A DNA stretch of 64,000 bases from Callorhinchus milii (GCF_018977255.1 NW_024704742.1:65722001-65786000); one strand, 5' to 3'. Shown: positions 39,607 through 53,989, counted from the first letter of the stretch. The notes: generated by a model from the sequence alone, not told the origin. Program-made: numbers and translations.

Positions 39607-41499
39607 ACAAAAGTACACCTGATTTTGGATTATAATGCCAAGTCACTTTAAGATTTATAATTGCACAGAATTGTGGAAAACATTTTCAATTTAATCTTAA
39701 TTTGGAAGAAGATACATTTTAAGAACTCTGAAAAAACAGATGAATCAAATGGGTTTGCAGGATACAGTCTGAAACGTACAGTTACACTGGTGTCCTATAA
39801 ACCACACTGTAATAGTTATTATCACGTGTTACAGCATACAGATTATAAGATGTAATCGGTGGTTCATGTGAACAACTATTATACAATCATACGCCTATTC
39901 TACATTTAAGAGCAGATATGCATTTGAATATGGTTAAACCATGTTTGTGAGTGAGATCCCACTGTCTCTCAGGTTTACAGACAACTGACTGCTTCCATTC
40001 TTTATTTTCCAACACAAGGTGAAAATACTGTTGTTATTATTGGAGTGAAGAGAGCAATGATGTAAATTTAACATATTCGCTAATATGGCTTCATGTTCCA
40101 CTGTTGACTTTGCTCTGTTGGTAGTTCTCTCGCCTCTGGATCACAGAGATGTGGGTTCAAGCCCCACCCCATGTCACGGTCTTGGTTGACATTCCAGTGG
40201 AGGTGCTGTATGGTGGAGGTGCTGCATTGCCAAGATCACTTCCTTCGGATGAGGCATTAAACCAAGGTCACATTTGCCTGTTTCTCCGATGGGTGTCAAG
40301 GTCTCAGGGTTGTATTTGAAGAGAGGAGAGACTCTCTTCCGATGCTCTGGCCAACAGTCCTGCAGGTTAATCGGTTGTTCACATCGTAGCTATTTGTGGG
40401 ATTTGGCTGTGTGCAAAACGGCAGTGGAATTTAGTTACAAAAAGCAGTTGCTGGAACCATAGAGAATTTCATTGCATAAAGGAGGCCTTGCTGGCTCTCT
40501 GAAAGAACAATCTGTTTAGTCTCAATACACGCGACAATAATTACCCAAACGTTTCTGGGTAGACATTCCTGTTAAAAATACAAAGTTCTTTCTTTGATTA
40601 TTGGATAGTTTTTTTGGCAGTTTCTGCTTCCAACTATTCACCATTGACTAAAAGCCAACAATGCTGATGTCCACCACTTTCTATTTGTGAAATGTGATTA
40701 GGAGTTTATTTGGAACAAAAATAGCTTGAACTGTTTACTTCAAATCTGAGGCTTGGTATTTAATGGCATGGTTATGTGGGGATGGGTTTGAATATGTAAC
40801 AAAATGCACTTGCTTGACATCAGCACCTAAGTGTTGCCTGTAATAAAAAAGTTAATCTACCAACAGACTTAAATTGAGCCTTGTAAAGGGTAGCAATGTG
40901 ACACAGGTTGTAGACCCTAACCAGAAAGTCAAGAGTTTGAATTTCAGGGCTGCTGGTAAGTAAAATGCTTACTTTAATTTGGGATTGGTTCCTCACTGAT
41001 CCTGTATTTGATATACAGCCTTATCACATTGTTGAGATGTCTCAAAGCGCTTTACAGAATATACTGTAAAGTGAATTGACTGTATATTTTCATAGAATCA
41101 TAGAATTATGCAGCACAGAAGGAGGTTTGTCATGTCTGTGCCGGCTCTTTGAAAAGAGTTATCCAAATCAATCCCACTCCCCCACTCTCTCCCCATAACC
41201 ATGCAAACTTGTCCTCCCCATTTTGTGCGTGAAATGAGGCAGTCAATTGTGCTCAGGAATGTCCCACAAACAGTCATAGATTGAGTGACCAAATTATCAT
41301 TATTTTTTATTTATTTTTAGGTTGGTATATTGTGTTTTTATTATTGAGTTCCACTCGGGCATTTCATTTTGATTCTGTGTTCCCCTAATTAATATTAATA
41401 ACAAATTACAAATAATCCTTGCATTTGATACAACATTTTTATCACATTGTCAACTTCTCAAACCGTTTGAGATTTACTGTAAAGTGTAGTGACTTTTTG

Positions 41500-42118
41500 C
41501 CCATCACATCTGTACCTCACAACTAACACAGCCGAAACCCTTGACCACGCCTCGTCACTTCCTGACTGGACTATTCCAATGCCCTCCTCGCTGGTCTCCC
41601 GAGCTCCACCATACACAAAATGCAACTAATTCAGAACTCAGGCGCCCGGATACTCACCCGCACAAAACTCCATACCTCCAACATACCAGTCCTTGCCAGG
41701 CTCCACTGGCTTCCAATCACCCAACAGATCGATTTCAAGATCCTCTCACTTGTTTTCAAGTCCATTTATGCTCTCGCACCTCCCTACCTATCTGATCTGC
41801 TTACTCCCCACTCCACCACCTGCCGCCTCTGCTTGACTGGCTACGACATTCTGTTTGTCGCTCGTCCCCTCCGCTCCACCATCGGTGGCCGTGGCTTCAG
41901 CCACTACGCCCCGAAACTCTGGAACTCTCCCTCAATTCCTCCGCCTTGCTCCCCACTTTCAACTCCTGCCTAAAGACCTTCCTTTTTGATGGTGCTTATG
42001 GTCACCTCCCGCCTCCCTCTCTCCCTGGCTCGGTGTCAGACTCCACTACTGTCAAGCGCTCTGGGACGCTATTCCGTGTGAAGGCCGGTGTATAAATGGA
42101 AGTTGTTGTTGTTGTTGA
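41500..42118 (+). mobile_element. L2 LINE 3' fragment
   Basis: [13 protein letters not shown]...[18 protein letters not shown]...APKLWNS; gttgtt tail. Confidence 0.88.
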
Positions 42119-45100
42119 TGACCGTGTAAGTGAACACAGCAGCCAGTGTGTACACAGCAATGACCCAGGAATTGCCATGAAGTGAATGACTATTATTTTA
42201 ATTCTGGGGGATTTTTGACTAAAACACTGGGAGGAACTCCCTTTCTATTTCGGAATAGTGCCATGGAACATGTTTCAGACACCTGGTTGACCAAAAAGCA
42301 ATCTTAACATACACTCGAAAAAGGCAGAAGAGTCCTGGTGTATTGTATCACCAAACGTTGGCTCCTCCAACAATGCAGTGTCCCCCAGTACTTTATCGGA
42401 GCATCAGCCTAGATTATGAGCTGAATGTTGGGGTTGAATCTATCTCACTTAGAAGTGAGAGTCCAACTGACTGAGCCAGACTTTTTGTCTGAATTAGTTG
42501 GTAGCCCTCTTGGGTTTGGTAATTTTCTCCTCTTCTTTTATCTTCTGAACTCAATATGTTCTCCTTTCCCGCTGAGGGTATTTCCAGTTGCATTGAATGT
42601 GAGTGCCCTCTGGTATCTCCCGAATGCGCTAGTGCGCTATTTGTTTTTGTGATGGGTTAGCCACCCAGCAAGCTCCAAAAAATACCCAAGCTGTTACATG
42701 ATGAAATTTACCACAATCTTTGACTACTTTTAGATGCAAGAAACTCCTGTTTTGGTTTGGGATTTTGAGGATGATGAAAGCACCTTTTCTTCCTGAAGCT
42801 GTTTGGCTCAAGACCAGTGTGTGATTGGGTTGTTGGGGGTGGGGAGAGATGGAGCTGGGTTCCCTTTTTTTGACGTGTCTCTTTTTTTGATGATCTGACC
42901 TTCCTGTTTAACATGCTTACAGTCGCCTCCGCTTTCTCCCCGGCTCAGCATCAAACTCCACCATTGTTCAGCACCCTGAGATATTTGTTACCCTGGATTT
43001 AAGAGCACTGGATAAATGCAGAGAGTTGTTGATCTGCCCAATGGGCTATTGGCTGCTATTTGGTTAGTTTTGCGAGAAGTACAGTTGTGTGCAATCCCTT
43101 AAAATAGACTTGTTTGACATAGAAAGGGGAACTGAGACTAAATGTCAGCTTGTCTGTGATTCCCAAATGACTAATGTGTAGCCAGTTCGCTGTTTCACCT
43201 TTCCGATCTGCTCACACGTCACTCCACTTTCTGATCCCTTCGCTCCATTGGCTCCAGCTTTCTACAAGACCTTCAGTCTCTCGCTACACCATCAGCTGTC
43301 TGCCCTTCAGTCACCAGCCCCCCAAAACTTTGGAATTCTCTGCCTCAATGCCTCTGCTTTTCCCCCTTTGGCTGTCTTCAGATCGCACCTGAAGACCTTC
43401 CTCTTCGACCTTGCCTTACTGTTAAGTGTATTGACTTTTTTTTCAATAGGCAAATGTGATAGCCACTTTACACATGGTCAGGTCCCACAAACAACCACGA
43501 TCCATTCTCCCGCACTCTTGTTGCCCAGGACAATGTACGATTGTCCAGTTTTATTGCTTAATTTGCTTGAAGCTTCCTGCATCCACTTACAGTAATTGAC
43601 AACAGCTTCTCTCTTGTACCTCAACCACACACAAACATCTCCCTTGCATACCAGACTGACCTTTACACTTCCTGAAGGACTAGCCTCATGTTCCCTCAGT
43701 GAGACTCACAATTTGGGCATCTGTTGTTACTGCGTTAATAATAGACGAGCGCTTCGAGACGCTGCCCCTGTGAAGGGCGCAATATAAATACAAGTTGTTG
43801 TTGTAGACATCAAAATTGTCATGCCTGGTTTATCACCCACCAGAACTTCCCTGTTGGTTTCACTTTCTTTTTGTTGACTGCTGCACATTTTGATTCACAG
43901 AGTTTAATGACAATAATAATAATAAGTTGCATTTATAGAGTGCCTTTCACATTTAAAAAACATATATGTTTTGCTGAGCAATGAAAAGGAATGGCTAATG
44001 TTGCCAGCAGCGTTCCTTGAATGAGAGATAAATGTTGGGACAGAGTGCTTGCTGTTTGTCATCAGCTGATGAGACTCATGATTCTCACTTGCAGTGGCTC
44101 CACAACTGGCTGGAAGTGAGATTTCCTCCACCTCTGGAGTCATCTCTCTCAGTAGTAGCTGCTTTGCAGCTGTGACTAAAATTCAGAGCAGTGAGCGTAG
44201 ATAATTTCTGTGGGTTTACTTGAATTTAATCTCAGAAAACATTTGCATCTGACTACAACAGAGAAATTTGCAGTTTCAGCATTCGCCCACAAAATACACA
44301 GTTAATCCATTGTACGCTACATCCTGTGAAGTGCTGTGAGATGTCTCAATGTCGTGATAAGGTGCTATATCCAAGGCAAGGATTATTATTATTGTTATCA
44401 TGATTATTATGTCTTGCACAAGATTGTGAGATATGGGAGGGCACCTCTGTGCTCTTCAGCTGTGGGCGGGCGTGGGCGTGGTGGATGGGGCGTGGTGGGT
44501 GGGTATGATGGGTGGGTGTGTGCTGGTGCGGGCAGGCGCGTGCGGGGGCGCGAGTGAGTGTGGGTGGGAATGGGGGTGAGCGAGCATGGGCAACTGCTGG
44601 GGTTCTTAGATGAGGAGAACTAGAAGTGTCGACCAAACCTTTTGGGACGTTGGGTGGGAAGCTAGATACACCAATACATCAATGTTTTACTTCTGCCCAA
44701 AATGATTATTAATCTCAAAACAATAAGAAACAATCCAAAACGAATTCCGCTTGATTTACCATAGTTTATATTTTGGTCTGTCTGGAGCCTTGGGGCATCC
44801 TCCCGATGTGAAAAACACTTTACAAATGAAATGTTGTTGTTGTTCCCACTTTTTCGGAAGTTTCACTCATTATGCAATTAAATCCTGTATAAGATTTTTT
44901 TTTTTGATGCCTTTACTTGGTTACGTTCATTCTGTGTTATGCATTCAATACAAGAATGTTTTCATTTTGTAACTGTAATGTGTTGTGTTACTAAATGCCT
45001 GGGTATTGTGCACACGTGGGCATCAGTATTGTGAATTAAGAACATAAGAATTTACTAGGCGAAACAAGACCAAGGTCCGTCTAGTTTGCCTTCCCCATCC

Positions 45101-45311
45101 TGCCAGTCGCTTGACGTGTCGTGTCTCAAACTATACATTGTAGCCTGAGATATTATTTTCAAGCAGAAATCTAATTTGTTCTTGAAAGAATCGACTTTCT
45201 GCTTCCACTGGCCCCCCAATGGAGGCTGTTCCGTATGTTTGCTACTCGGTCACTGAAGTAATGTTTCCTCAATTCTGTTCAAGACGCTCCTATCTTGTTT
45301 TTTTTTCTTAG

Positions 45312-45533
45312 GCTTGGTGGTGGGTCAGATGACTACAAAGATGGTTTCCCCCACAGTTTCGCTTCCTTCTGCACCAGTGACCTCTTCGTTTGATGATCTT
45401 ACCAATCAGACTTTGCAGGGCAACAGCACAACAGCTATCATTCTGGTGGCCATCACTTCCTCGTTCCCAAACTGTACGGGAGTGAATACCTCCAGCTGTG
45501 CTGTGTGCCCCGCTGGGCATTATCCCGACAATG
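45312..45533 (+). CDS. Cys-rich membrane protein, exon 2 (Ser/Thr stalk and first Cys repeat)
   Basis: Polypyrimidine-ag acceptor; LVVGQMTTK...NCTGVNTSSCAVCPAGHYPDN; gtaagt donor; phase 1-1. Confidence 0.88.
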
Positions 45534-45855
45534 GTAAGTTACTGTGCAGAGTTGGGTAAATTTTCCATTAGGAGAAGCTATAACTGGTATTTATATAGCG
45601 ACCCTCACACAGGGTAGCGTCCCATAGCATTTGGCAGTGGCGGAGCACTACTCCAAGCCGGGGAGAGGTAACAGTTGAAGAGGAAGGTCTTCAGTCGCAA
45701 CCTGAAGATGAGGAAGGAGGGATAGAGGTTGAGTGTTCCAGATTTTCGGGGCATTATGGCTGAAAGTGCAGCCACCAATGGTGGAACGGAGGGCATGACA
45801 AAGTATAAGTCAAGTAACTTTGCAGATGCTCTAAGATTTTCTCTGTCTCTTTCAG

Positions 45856-45991
45856 CTTCCCTGAACTGCTCCTGTTGTCCTGATGGTTTCTGCGTCTCAT
45901 TGGACAAGTGCCTGAGCTGCCCACAGGGTTACTACCAGTCCCAGTCTGGGCAGAAGGCCTGCTTGCCCTGTTCAAAAGGGGCTTATTCCAA
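45856..45991 (+). CDS. Cys-rich membrane protein, exon 3
   Basis: SLNCSCCPDGFCVSLDKCLSCPQGYYQSQSGQKACLPCSKGAYS; phase 1-2. Confidence 0.92.
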
Positions 45992-46499
45992 GTAAGTACA
46001 GTAGCGAAGTGCTGAATATTATGGTTCCAGATCCTCTGGCTGGGAATGAATTGGTCATTCTGCCAGCAGTAAAAACAATAATGATCCTTGCATTTGATAT
46101 AGAGTCTTGTCATGTGGTTGAGGATCTCAAAGCGCTTCACGGGATACACTGTAAAGTTAGGTATAAACACAGAAGATGCTGCGAACACGCAGCAGGTCAG
46201 ACAGCATCCATGGAGAGAGGAAAATCAGTTAACGTTTCAGGTCTATGACCTTTCGTCAGAACTGGGGGAAGGGAGCAGATTATTTTATTTCTTGAGTGAT
46301 AATAATCTCTCAATAAATTTTTAAAAAAAGTAATAGTTTGGTCACTCAAACCACGAGTGTTTATGGAACGCTGCTGTCACAATTGGCTGCCGCGTTTCAC
46401 CCACAAAATATACAGTCAATTCACTTTACAGTATATTCTGTGAAACGCTTTGAGACGTCTAGAAGATGTGAAAAGTGCTGTATTAAATGCAAGGATTAT

Positions 46500-46900
46500 G
46501 AGAATACATCAGAATATACAGCACAGAAACAGGCCATTCAGCCCAACTGGTCTATGCCGGTGTTTATGCTCCACATGAGCCTCCTCCTGCCCTTCCTCAA
46601 CTAAACCTTCATGCATAACCATCTATTCCTTTCTCCCTCATGTACCTATCTAGCTTCCCCTTAAATACATATGTGCTATTTGCCTCAACAACTCCTTGTG
46701 GGAGCATGTTCCACATTCCACTACTCTCTGTGTGAAGAAATTTCTTCTAACTTCCCCTATTTGATCTATCTATGACTATTTTATATTGATGGCCCCTGGT
46801 TTTGGTCTCCCCCACAAGTGGGAACATTTGCCCTATTTCTACCCTATCAAAACCTTTCATCATTTTAAGGACCTCTATCAGGTCACCTCTTACCCTCCTT
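46500..46900 (-). mobile_element. CR1 LINE 3' fragment (related copy at about 54290-54590)
   Basis: agaatatacagcacagaaacaggccattc reverse tail with body shared between the two copies. Confidence 0.75.
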
Positions 46901-49900
46901 ATATATTATATAAGGACAAACAGAGAAAGGAGCGGGGAAAGAAAAAGGAAACATTTAAGTGAAGATGATGAGATTAGAAACGTTGATGGTGCAAAACAAA
47001 AGGCAGTCGTTCTATAATACCCCTAGTGTTCTGGGACTCTGCCCTGTATGAGGGGCGCTAAATAAATGCAAGTAATTGCTTTTGTTGTAATCCCTCCTCC
47101 CCCCCAAAAAAAATTTGATCACTCACTCCACGACTATTTATGGTTGTGTTTGTGCGACACTATTGTGTCCCATATATCAACCTGTCCGCTCCCTCTGCTC
47201 AGCAGGCTGTAGCCTGCTCCACGTCCCCCGCCCTGCCTGCCCCACCATCATCCTCTCTGAACCTACCATTTGAAACTCCATCCCACATTCCCTTCACCTC
47301 GCTCCTTCCCTTGGCTCCTTCAAGGCACGTCTCAAAGCCTTCCTCTTTGATCACGCCTACGGCCACCCTTCCTACCTTCCCTGATTCCAACCCTCCAGCT
47401 CGGGTCCAAATCCCTGACTATCCAGCGCCTTGTGAAGTCCTCCTGATGTGAAAGGCGCTTTACAAATGTAATTTTGTACTGTAATGTACGCAATTGACTG
47501 CCGTGTTTTGCCCACAAAATACGCAGCCCACTTTACAGTATATTCTGTGAAGCACTTTGAGATGTCTCGAAGACATGATAAAGCGCTATATCAAATTCAA
47601 GGATTTATTATTATTTTTACATATATTCTGTGAAGTACTTTGAGACATCTCAATAACGTGATAAAGCATTATATCAAATGCAAGGATTATTATTATTTTA
47701 AACCTCCAGTTTCTGTCCCGATGACTGAGTGTTTGATAAGTGGTGTTATTAAATCCTTCGGTCCCAGTTTAATCTCTGTACAGTTTTAAAGAGATTTGAG
47801 CTTTTCACAATTTCAGGCCTCTTCCATCATCTGTTGATATGAATTATACGAATGTCGTGCTAAACCATTTAATGCTGGTTTGTTCATAAGTGTGTGACTG
47901 GAGCTGGATCCAAGTGACCATTCATTGTCCAGAATGCTGACTATTTGCCGGGTAACCAGCCCAGACTGTTCTCCGCTGTCAACTTGTGTTCATTTTAGTC
48001 TCTGTTCTTCAATCAGCATTGCAAGGGTTGACAAATGGGTCATTAGCTGCTTGAAATATGGCCATAATGCTGATTTTTGGTGCCAAGTTTAGGTTTTGCA
48101 CCAATAACAACAAATTCTACTTAATTAATTTGCGCCTTTCACGTCAGGAGGCCATCCCAAGGCGCTGGACAAAAAGGAGGGGGTTGTACCTGAGCTGGAT
48201 TTAGGATCAGAGAGAGGTGGAGGGCAAGGTAGGGGGTGGAAGACGGAAGATGACCGAAGGCACGGTTGGCTTTGAAGGAGGCAAGGGAGGGGGCTTCTTC
48301 CAAATGCCCAAGAGTGTGCGCTTTTTAAAAAAAAACTAAGAATTTATGAACGTGTAAATAAATCCCCTTCCCCCAGGACTGAATTTCGAAGATCCTCACC
48401 CTCACATTCAGATCCCTCCACAGCCTCGCCCCAAACCCTACCTCTGTGACCTCCAGCACTCAGTGAGCACCGGCCTGCTTCATGTCCCCTGCCTGACTTG
48501 CTTGCACTATTGCTGGACAAGCTTTCAGCCATCAGCCCTTGCTCTCTGGAAATCCATATCTTTCAACTCGGAACTCCCTCCCAATTTTAAAGCCTGCCTT
48601 AAAATTTGTCTCTGACCGTTCTTTTGGTCATTTTTCTTTTTCCTTCCTTTCCCCCCTCCCCCCACACGCCCGCTCGGGTGCCCAGCAAGCTGTGTAAAGC
48701 GGTTTGAGACTTCCTCCTGACTTGAAAGAGGCTGTGTAAATGTAGGCAGTATTGTGTATGAATTATTTTTTGTTTTGTGCCTTCTTGCTTTATTGTTGTG
48801 TGTGTGCATGTGGTACTTTGGCTCATGTAGCTTCAGATAACCTCTTGTGATCAGGCAGAAGGAAGATTTTTCCTGTGTGTGTGTTTCGTGTGGTTCTTTG
48901 AAGTTTTCAAACTCTACTTTTTTTTTGTGATTCAAACCGAATTTTCTGTAGTTTGAGTTTTGTGTTCTGGAATGCTGTACACTGTCCAGCTCCTTGGGAT
49001 GTCCTCCTGACGTGAAAGGCGCTATACAAATGTAATCTTGTTGTTGGTGGTGGTGGTGTTTGGGTTACAGCACAGGAGCTGACCAGCAACACTCTATTCA
49101 GTACTGTGTAGAACATTTGAGACCCATACTCCATGCTCAACCAGCTGGGCTACCCGGCATGTCAAGTAGTACTGTGGTCAGTGACTGTGTGACGTGGGTT
49201 CAATTCAGAGCAAACTGTTGTGCTCCTCTATCTTATCAACTATGCCTATGGTTTTCCTACCCCCCCACACACACAGGCTTGGTGACCAATCCCACCACTG
49301 TGCAGTGCTCCAAAGCTATCCTGCACAAAGAGCACTATATAAATGGAAGTTGGAACATAAGAATTGTGAGATGAAGGTCCATTCAGTTCACCTTCCACCA
49401 ACCTGGCAGTTGCATACACATGTCATGTGCCAAACTCTATACTATATCCCACAATAGTAAGAACAAATACGTTGTTGTTGTTTTATATCCGATTATTCGA
49501 TTCCAGAGTATGTTGACTTAAAATAATCATAGCAGCAGCTCCAAAGTGTTTGTATGTTCCAAGTGTCCATGGGGAATGGTGGGGGGAATCTCACAGTACT
49601 GCTCTACATCTTTGTTAGTCAATGGGTTAAAGAATAACATTTGGAACAGTTGTAAACCCTGGTGGCTGAGATCCATCCCACTCAGCTACTGTTAACCCTG
49701 CAAGCCAAAGCCCTAATGGGTAGGATGGTCCAAGCTGGACAAGCAGAGGGAAAGCAAGACAGCAATATTTATGTGGTTTTAGCTGGTTAGATTCTAGCAA
49801 TGCCACAACACACACTCTGGGGTCCCCAAGTCTTGGCTCTTGCCAACCTGTGCCTAATACTTTCTGGAACCGGAATTAGAGAAGTGGAGAAGCAGGATGT

Positions 49901-50504
49901 GTGTTTCCACCTCATCAGAGTTCACACTGCATTCTAAAACACTAATTTTCATGTCTAGGTGTCACGATGGAACTGTTTGGTTTGGATACTCTTGAGCATA
50001 GTCATGGGTTTCCACATGTGTCTGACACTCCGCTGATCAAAACCAAATCTAGTTGTAAAAAGTGAGGAATGTAGTGATGTAGCTAATATCCCCTCAGGCT
50101 GCCGAAGCCCTCATACATGCCTTCATTACATCCAGGCTCGGCTATGCCAACTCCCTGCTTGCTGGCTTTCCCAACTCTTCCCTCCACAAGCTGCAGATCA
50201 TCCAGAACTCTGCAGCTCGTGTCCTGTCCTGCACCAAGCTCTGTGACAGAGGATCGAGTTCAAAATCCTCGTCCTCACCTTTAAGGCCCTCCATGGCCTT
50301 GCCCCCTCCCTACCTCTCTGACATGCTAACCCTATATCAACCTGTCCTCTCCCTCTGCTCAGCAGGTGCTGGCCCACCCCCCCACCATCAGTGGTCAGGC
50401 CTTCATGACTGTTCAGCACCGCGGGACGTCTTTCTGATGTGAAAGGCACTACACAAATGTAATTTTGTATTGTACTATATATTTTCTCACTTCTCTCTCC
50501 ATAG

Positions 50505-50593
50505 CTCTACGGGAAGCACTGAATGCCAGCCCTGTCAAGCTGGGTTTTACGCCAACGAAACTGGTTCAAAACTCTGCCAAGACTGCTCTTCAG
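50505..50593 (+). CDS. Cys-rich membrane protein, exon 4
   Basis: (N)STGSTECQPCQAGFYANETGSKLCQDCSS; phase 2-1. Confidence 0.92.
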
Positions 50594-50616
50594 GTAATGG
50601 TGTGCGTCATTGTGTA

Positions 50617-50968
50617 AGGGTGTTCACAAATTCCTGTTACCCCCATGTTTTTTTTTACATAGTAAACTGACCAACAACTGGAACATGTGGAAGAATGATA
50701 ATTGTGTTTAGAAAGTACTTCATTGTATTCAGTACAAGTGTTTAACTATATCTAGACGTGCAGAGGATGGGTGTGTGTGAGCGTCATCATTTTCATGGCA
50801 GATAATGAACTGTCACCATGTTTGGTGTGACATCTTCCATGACATGGATGGAGCGAGGAAGAAGTTACTGGTGTCAGACATTGTTACACTCGACTCATCT
50901 GCAACAGAAAATAAAAATTCATTGTAAGAAAAAAAAACAGGGGCTAACAAAACTTTGTGAACACCCCG
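50617..50968 (+). mobile_element. Tc1/mariner-type MITE 23 nt downstream of the exon 4 donor
   Basis: agggtgttcacaaa...tttgtgaacacccc TIRs; body homologous to 37649-37978. Confidence 0.75.
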
Positions 50969-51411
50969 TGGAGTGTAGGAAATAAATGCTCAAATTATTT
51001 TGTGGGGAGGAGAGGGGAATAATTCAGCTACTACACCCCTAACCTCTGGTATCCCTCTGTCTTGCTCCGTCTTTCGGTCTTCAAATCCCACCTAAAAAAA
51101 ATACTCTCTGCCTTCGACCTCGCTTACAGTCACTTCCCCCCTTCCCCACATGGTGACAGGCCCTTGTCACTGTGAAGCGCTCCGAGATGTGAAGAGACTT
51201 ACATGAATACAAACTGTTATGATTGCTGAATATTTTCCTCTTTGTTCTTTGCTTTTGCCCTGCCTACCCCCCCAACCCATGGAACAAATGGAACAAGACT
51301 TTGTTTTGTTGGGGGGGGGGCTGCTTATTTTTCCACCAATGGGTGCTATTGTCACTTGACACCAAGGAACTATCCCGAAATCCCACTAAAAATCTGTTCT
51401 ACATTTCCCAG

Positions 51412-51472
51412 GCTACTTTTCCGAGAAGAATGCCACTTCCTGTGAAGCCTGTTCCCAGGGATTCTTTTGCAA
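51412..51472 (+). CDS. Cys-rich membrane protein, exon 5
   Basis: (G)YFSEKNATSCEACSQGFFC; cccag acceptor, gtaagt donor; phase 1-2. Confidence 0.9.
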
Positions 51473-51664
51473 GTAAGTCAGGGAAGCTTGTTGAGCTGTC
51501 GGAAGTATTAACAAACCCGTCTGTCATTGAACTCACCTGGATTGACATGTAACACCTCACTCTGTGTTGCGGCCTCAGTTTATCATTGCATTAGCTCACT
51601 CCGCAGGTTTTGATGGGTTTCCGATCTCTTTTTATTTTGATCATTTGTGTTCTGGATGTTGATA

Positions 51665-52335
51665 CTGTCCTGTAGCCTAGTTGTTGCGTGCTCACCTCAT
51701 AAGCAAGAGGATCCGGTTTAGAATCCGGGCAGTAAGTTTCCTTACTCCACATTGCCTCTGTTTATCTAATAGTCAGTAAGAACCTGGTTGTTAGTCGATT
51801 GGTGGATCGTTTTCTGGAGGTAATAATCCTTCCAAAAAAATAGGTTTTGCTGTTTGTGGGACACTGCTGTGCGCAATTGGCTGCCGCGTTTCACCCACAA
51901 AATATACAGTCAATTCACTTTAATAATAATATAATAATAATAATCCTTGCATTTTGATATAGCGCTTTTCACGTCGGGAGGACGTCCCAAAGCGCTTCAC
52001 AGAACACACTGTAAAGTGAATTGACTGTATATTTGTGGGCGAACGCGGCAGCCAATTGCGCACAGCAATGTCCCACAAACAGTCGTAGATTGAAAATGAC
52101 CAATTTTATTATTGTTTTGTTTTGGAGGGACTATTATTAGGTGTGTGGAGTAAGGAAACTTGCCAAAGGTTTCGCCCTCTGCCTGGAATTGAACTCAGGT
52201 CTCTCGCTTGCAAAGCGAGTGCTCTAACCACTGAGCTACAGGACTCCACTTTACAGCATATTCTGTGAAGCACTTTGAGACGTCTCAAAGACATGATAAG
52301 GCGCTATTTCAAATGCAAGGATTATTATTATTATT
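51665..52335. mobile_element. tRNA-SINE (+) with a nested antisense tRNA-SINE (about 51923-52246)
   Basis: Outer SINE split at cacttta, which is duplicated at 51916 and 52247 (TSD). Confidence 0.85.
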
Positions 52336-53300
52336 ACATACCACTTCACAGGTACCCAATGAGGAAGAATATTGAGGGGATTGTATGAGGAGGAAAAGTG
52401 GGAACGTGAGTACAGTGATGCTCTCTGAGCACTGGCTGGTTTGCTGCTCAAAGAAGGTGTCTGACGTCTAAATTGTCGGGCTGTTGCTGACATCATTTCC
52501 TCCGTTTGCTGTGACATTTGCGGCAGCCCTAATGCTCATAGCTGGTTATGCTTTTATGAGCATTGCTGGCTGGGTTGGCTCGATCCCTGTGTGCTCATCG
52601 GTTCCTTCATTCCAGAGAAACAATATCTGACTTCAGAGTCATTGCTAACTCATCGCCACTGTCACTACCTGTTTACTGTGTATGTGTAAAGTAGGAGGTG
52701 ACACTGGCAGCGATCTAATGACCTGGAAGTCGGACATTTTAGTTGTGAAAGGTGTCTGGTGTAGAGGAAACGAGTGAGCTGAGCACGTGTCCGTGTATAT
52801 TTTATATTTATATATTATATGCACAGCCCATTACAGCCTCAATTTACTTATTACAAGGTTCACTGTGAACTCACTCACTGTGTGTCCGCTTCCCTCTGCT
52901 GGACGGCTGGGTTAGTTTGTTGTCACTTCCTGTTTTGTTGTGTGCGTGCAATCAGGAAGTGACATCGACGACCACCGAATTACCCAGAAGTTGGCCATTT
53001 TAGCTTTTCCCAGACAAAACGGAGGCCGACTGGGTTGTCAGGTTGCTGTCAGCATCGCTTCCTGCTTTGGGGAGGCACAGCAGCAAATGTGGGAATGATG
53101 TTGGCCACTGTTTCTTAAAGCATCAACCAGCCAGGGCACAGAGAGCAGTCAGCCGGCTGAGCACATTGCAATCGCTTTCCTAGCTTTTCCTCTACGTTTA
53201 ATCCCTTAATTTTTTTCCTTCACAGGTACCTGTGCAGGCAGAGTGCCCTGGTTTCTCTAGCTGCGTTTATATAAACCTTGTGTCTTTTTTTTTCTTGAAG

Positions 53301-53389
53301 CACAACTCATTGCACCCACTGCACCATGTGCCCTGCCGGACAGGAGGCTTTGTCTTCAGCCACAGAAAAATGTTCCTTTTGTCGCCCAG
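53301..53389 (+). CDS. Cys-rich membrane protein, exon 6
   Basis: (N)TTHCTHCTMCPAGQEALSSATEKCSFCRP; phase 2-1. Confidence 0.9.
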
Positions 53390-53989
53390 GTAACTGTGTC
53401 CAGTGATCAGCCCCTGCCCCCACCTCACCCCTTCAGTATCTAAATCATTAAACTGGGAGAAAAGAGATTGGGGTGGGGGTGTTGAAGAGTAAAATTCCTC
53501 AGTGGTAGCACTCTCACCTCTTGAGTCAGAAGGTTTGTGGGTTCAAGCCCCACGTTGGGACTTAGAATCACATAGTCTAAGCTAAGACTCCAATGCAGTG
53601 CTGGGGAGATGTTACATTGTGGGAGATGCCGTCCTTCGGATGAGACATCAAAACCGAGGTCCCATCTGCCTGTTCAGGTGGATGTTAAAGATCCCATGGC
53701 ATGATTCGAAAAGAGAAGGGAGTTTCTCCCGGTGTCCTGGCCAAAAATCCCTCCAATAAAATTGGTCACTCAGTTTATGGCTGTTTGTGGGACATTATTG
53801 TGTGCAATTGGCTGCTTCATTTCGCCTACAACATACAGTCAATTCATTTTACAATATATTCTGTGAAGCAATTTGAAACGTCTCGACAAGGTGATAAGGC
53901 GTATATCAAATGCAGGGATTATTATTATTTGAAACTTGCAGTGATATCAGAACAAGAAGAACGAATGGTGGAATGTTTTTATTTGGCAG

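Noticed and set aside
42420..42920. Lys-rich minus-strand ORFs as possible missing INO80B 5' exons
   Set aside because: No similarity to recalled INO80B N-terminal motifs and no convincing splice sites
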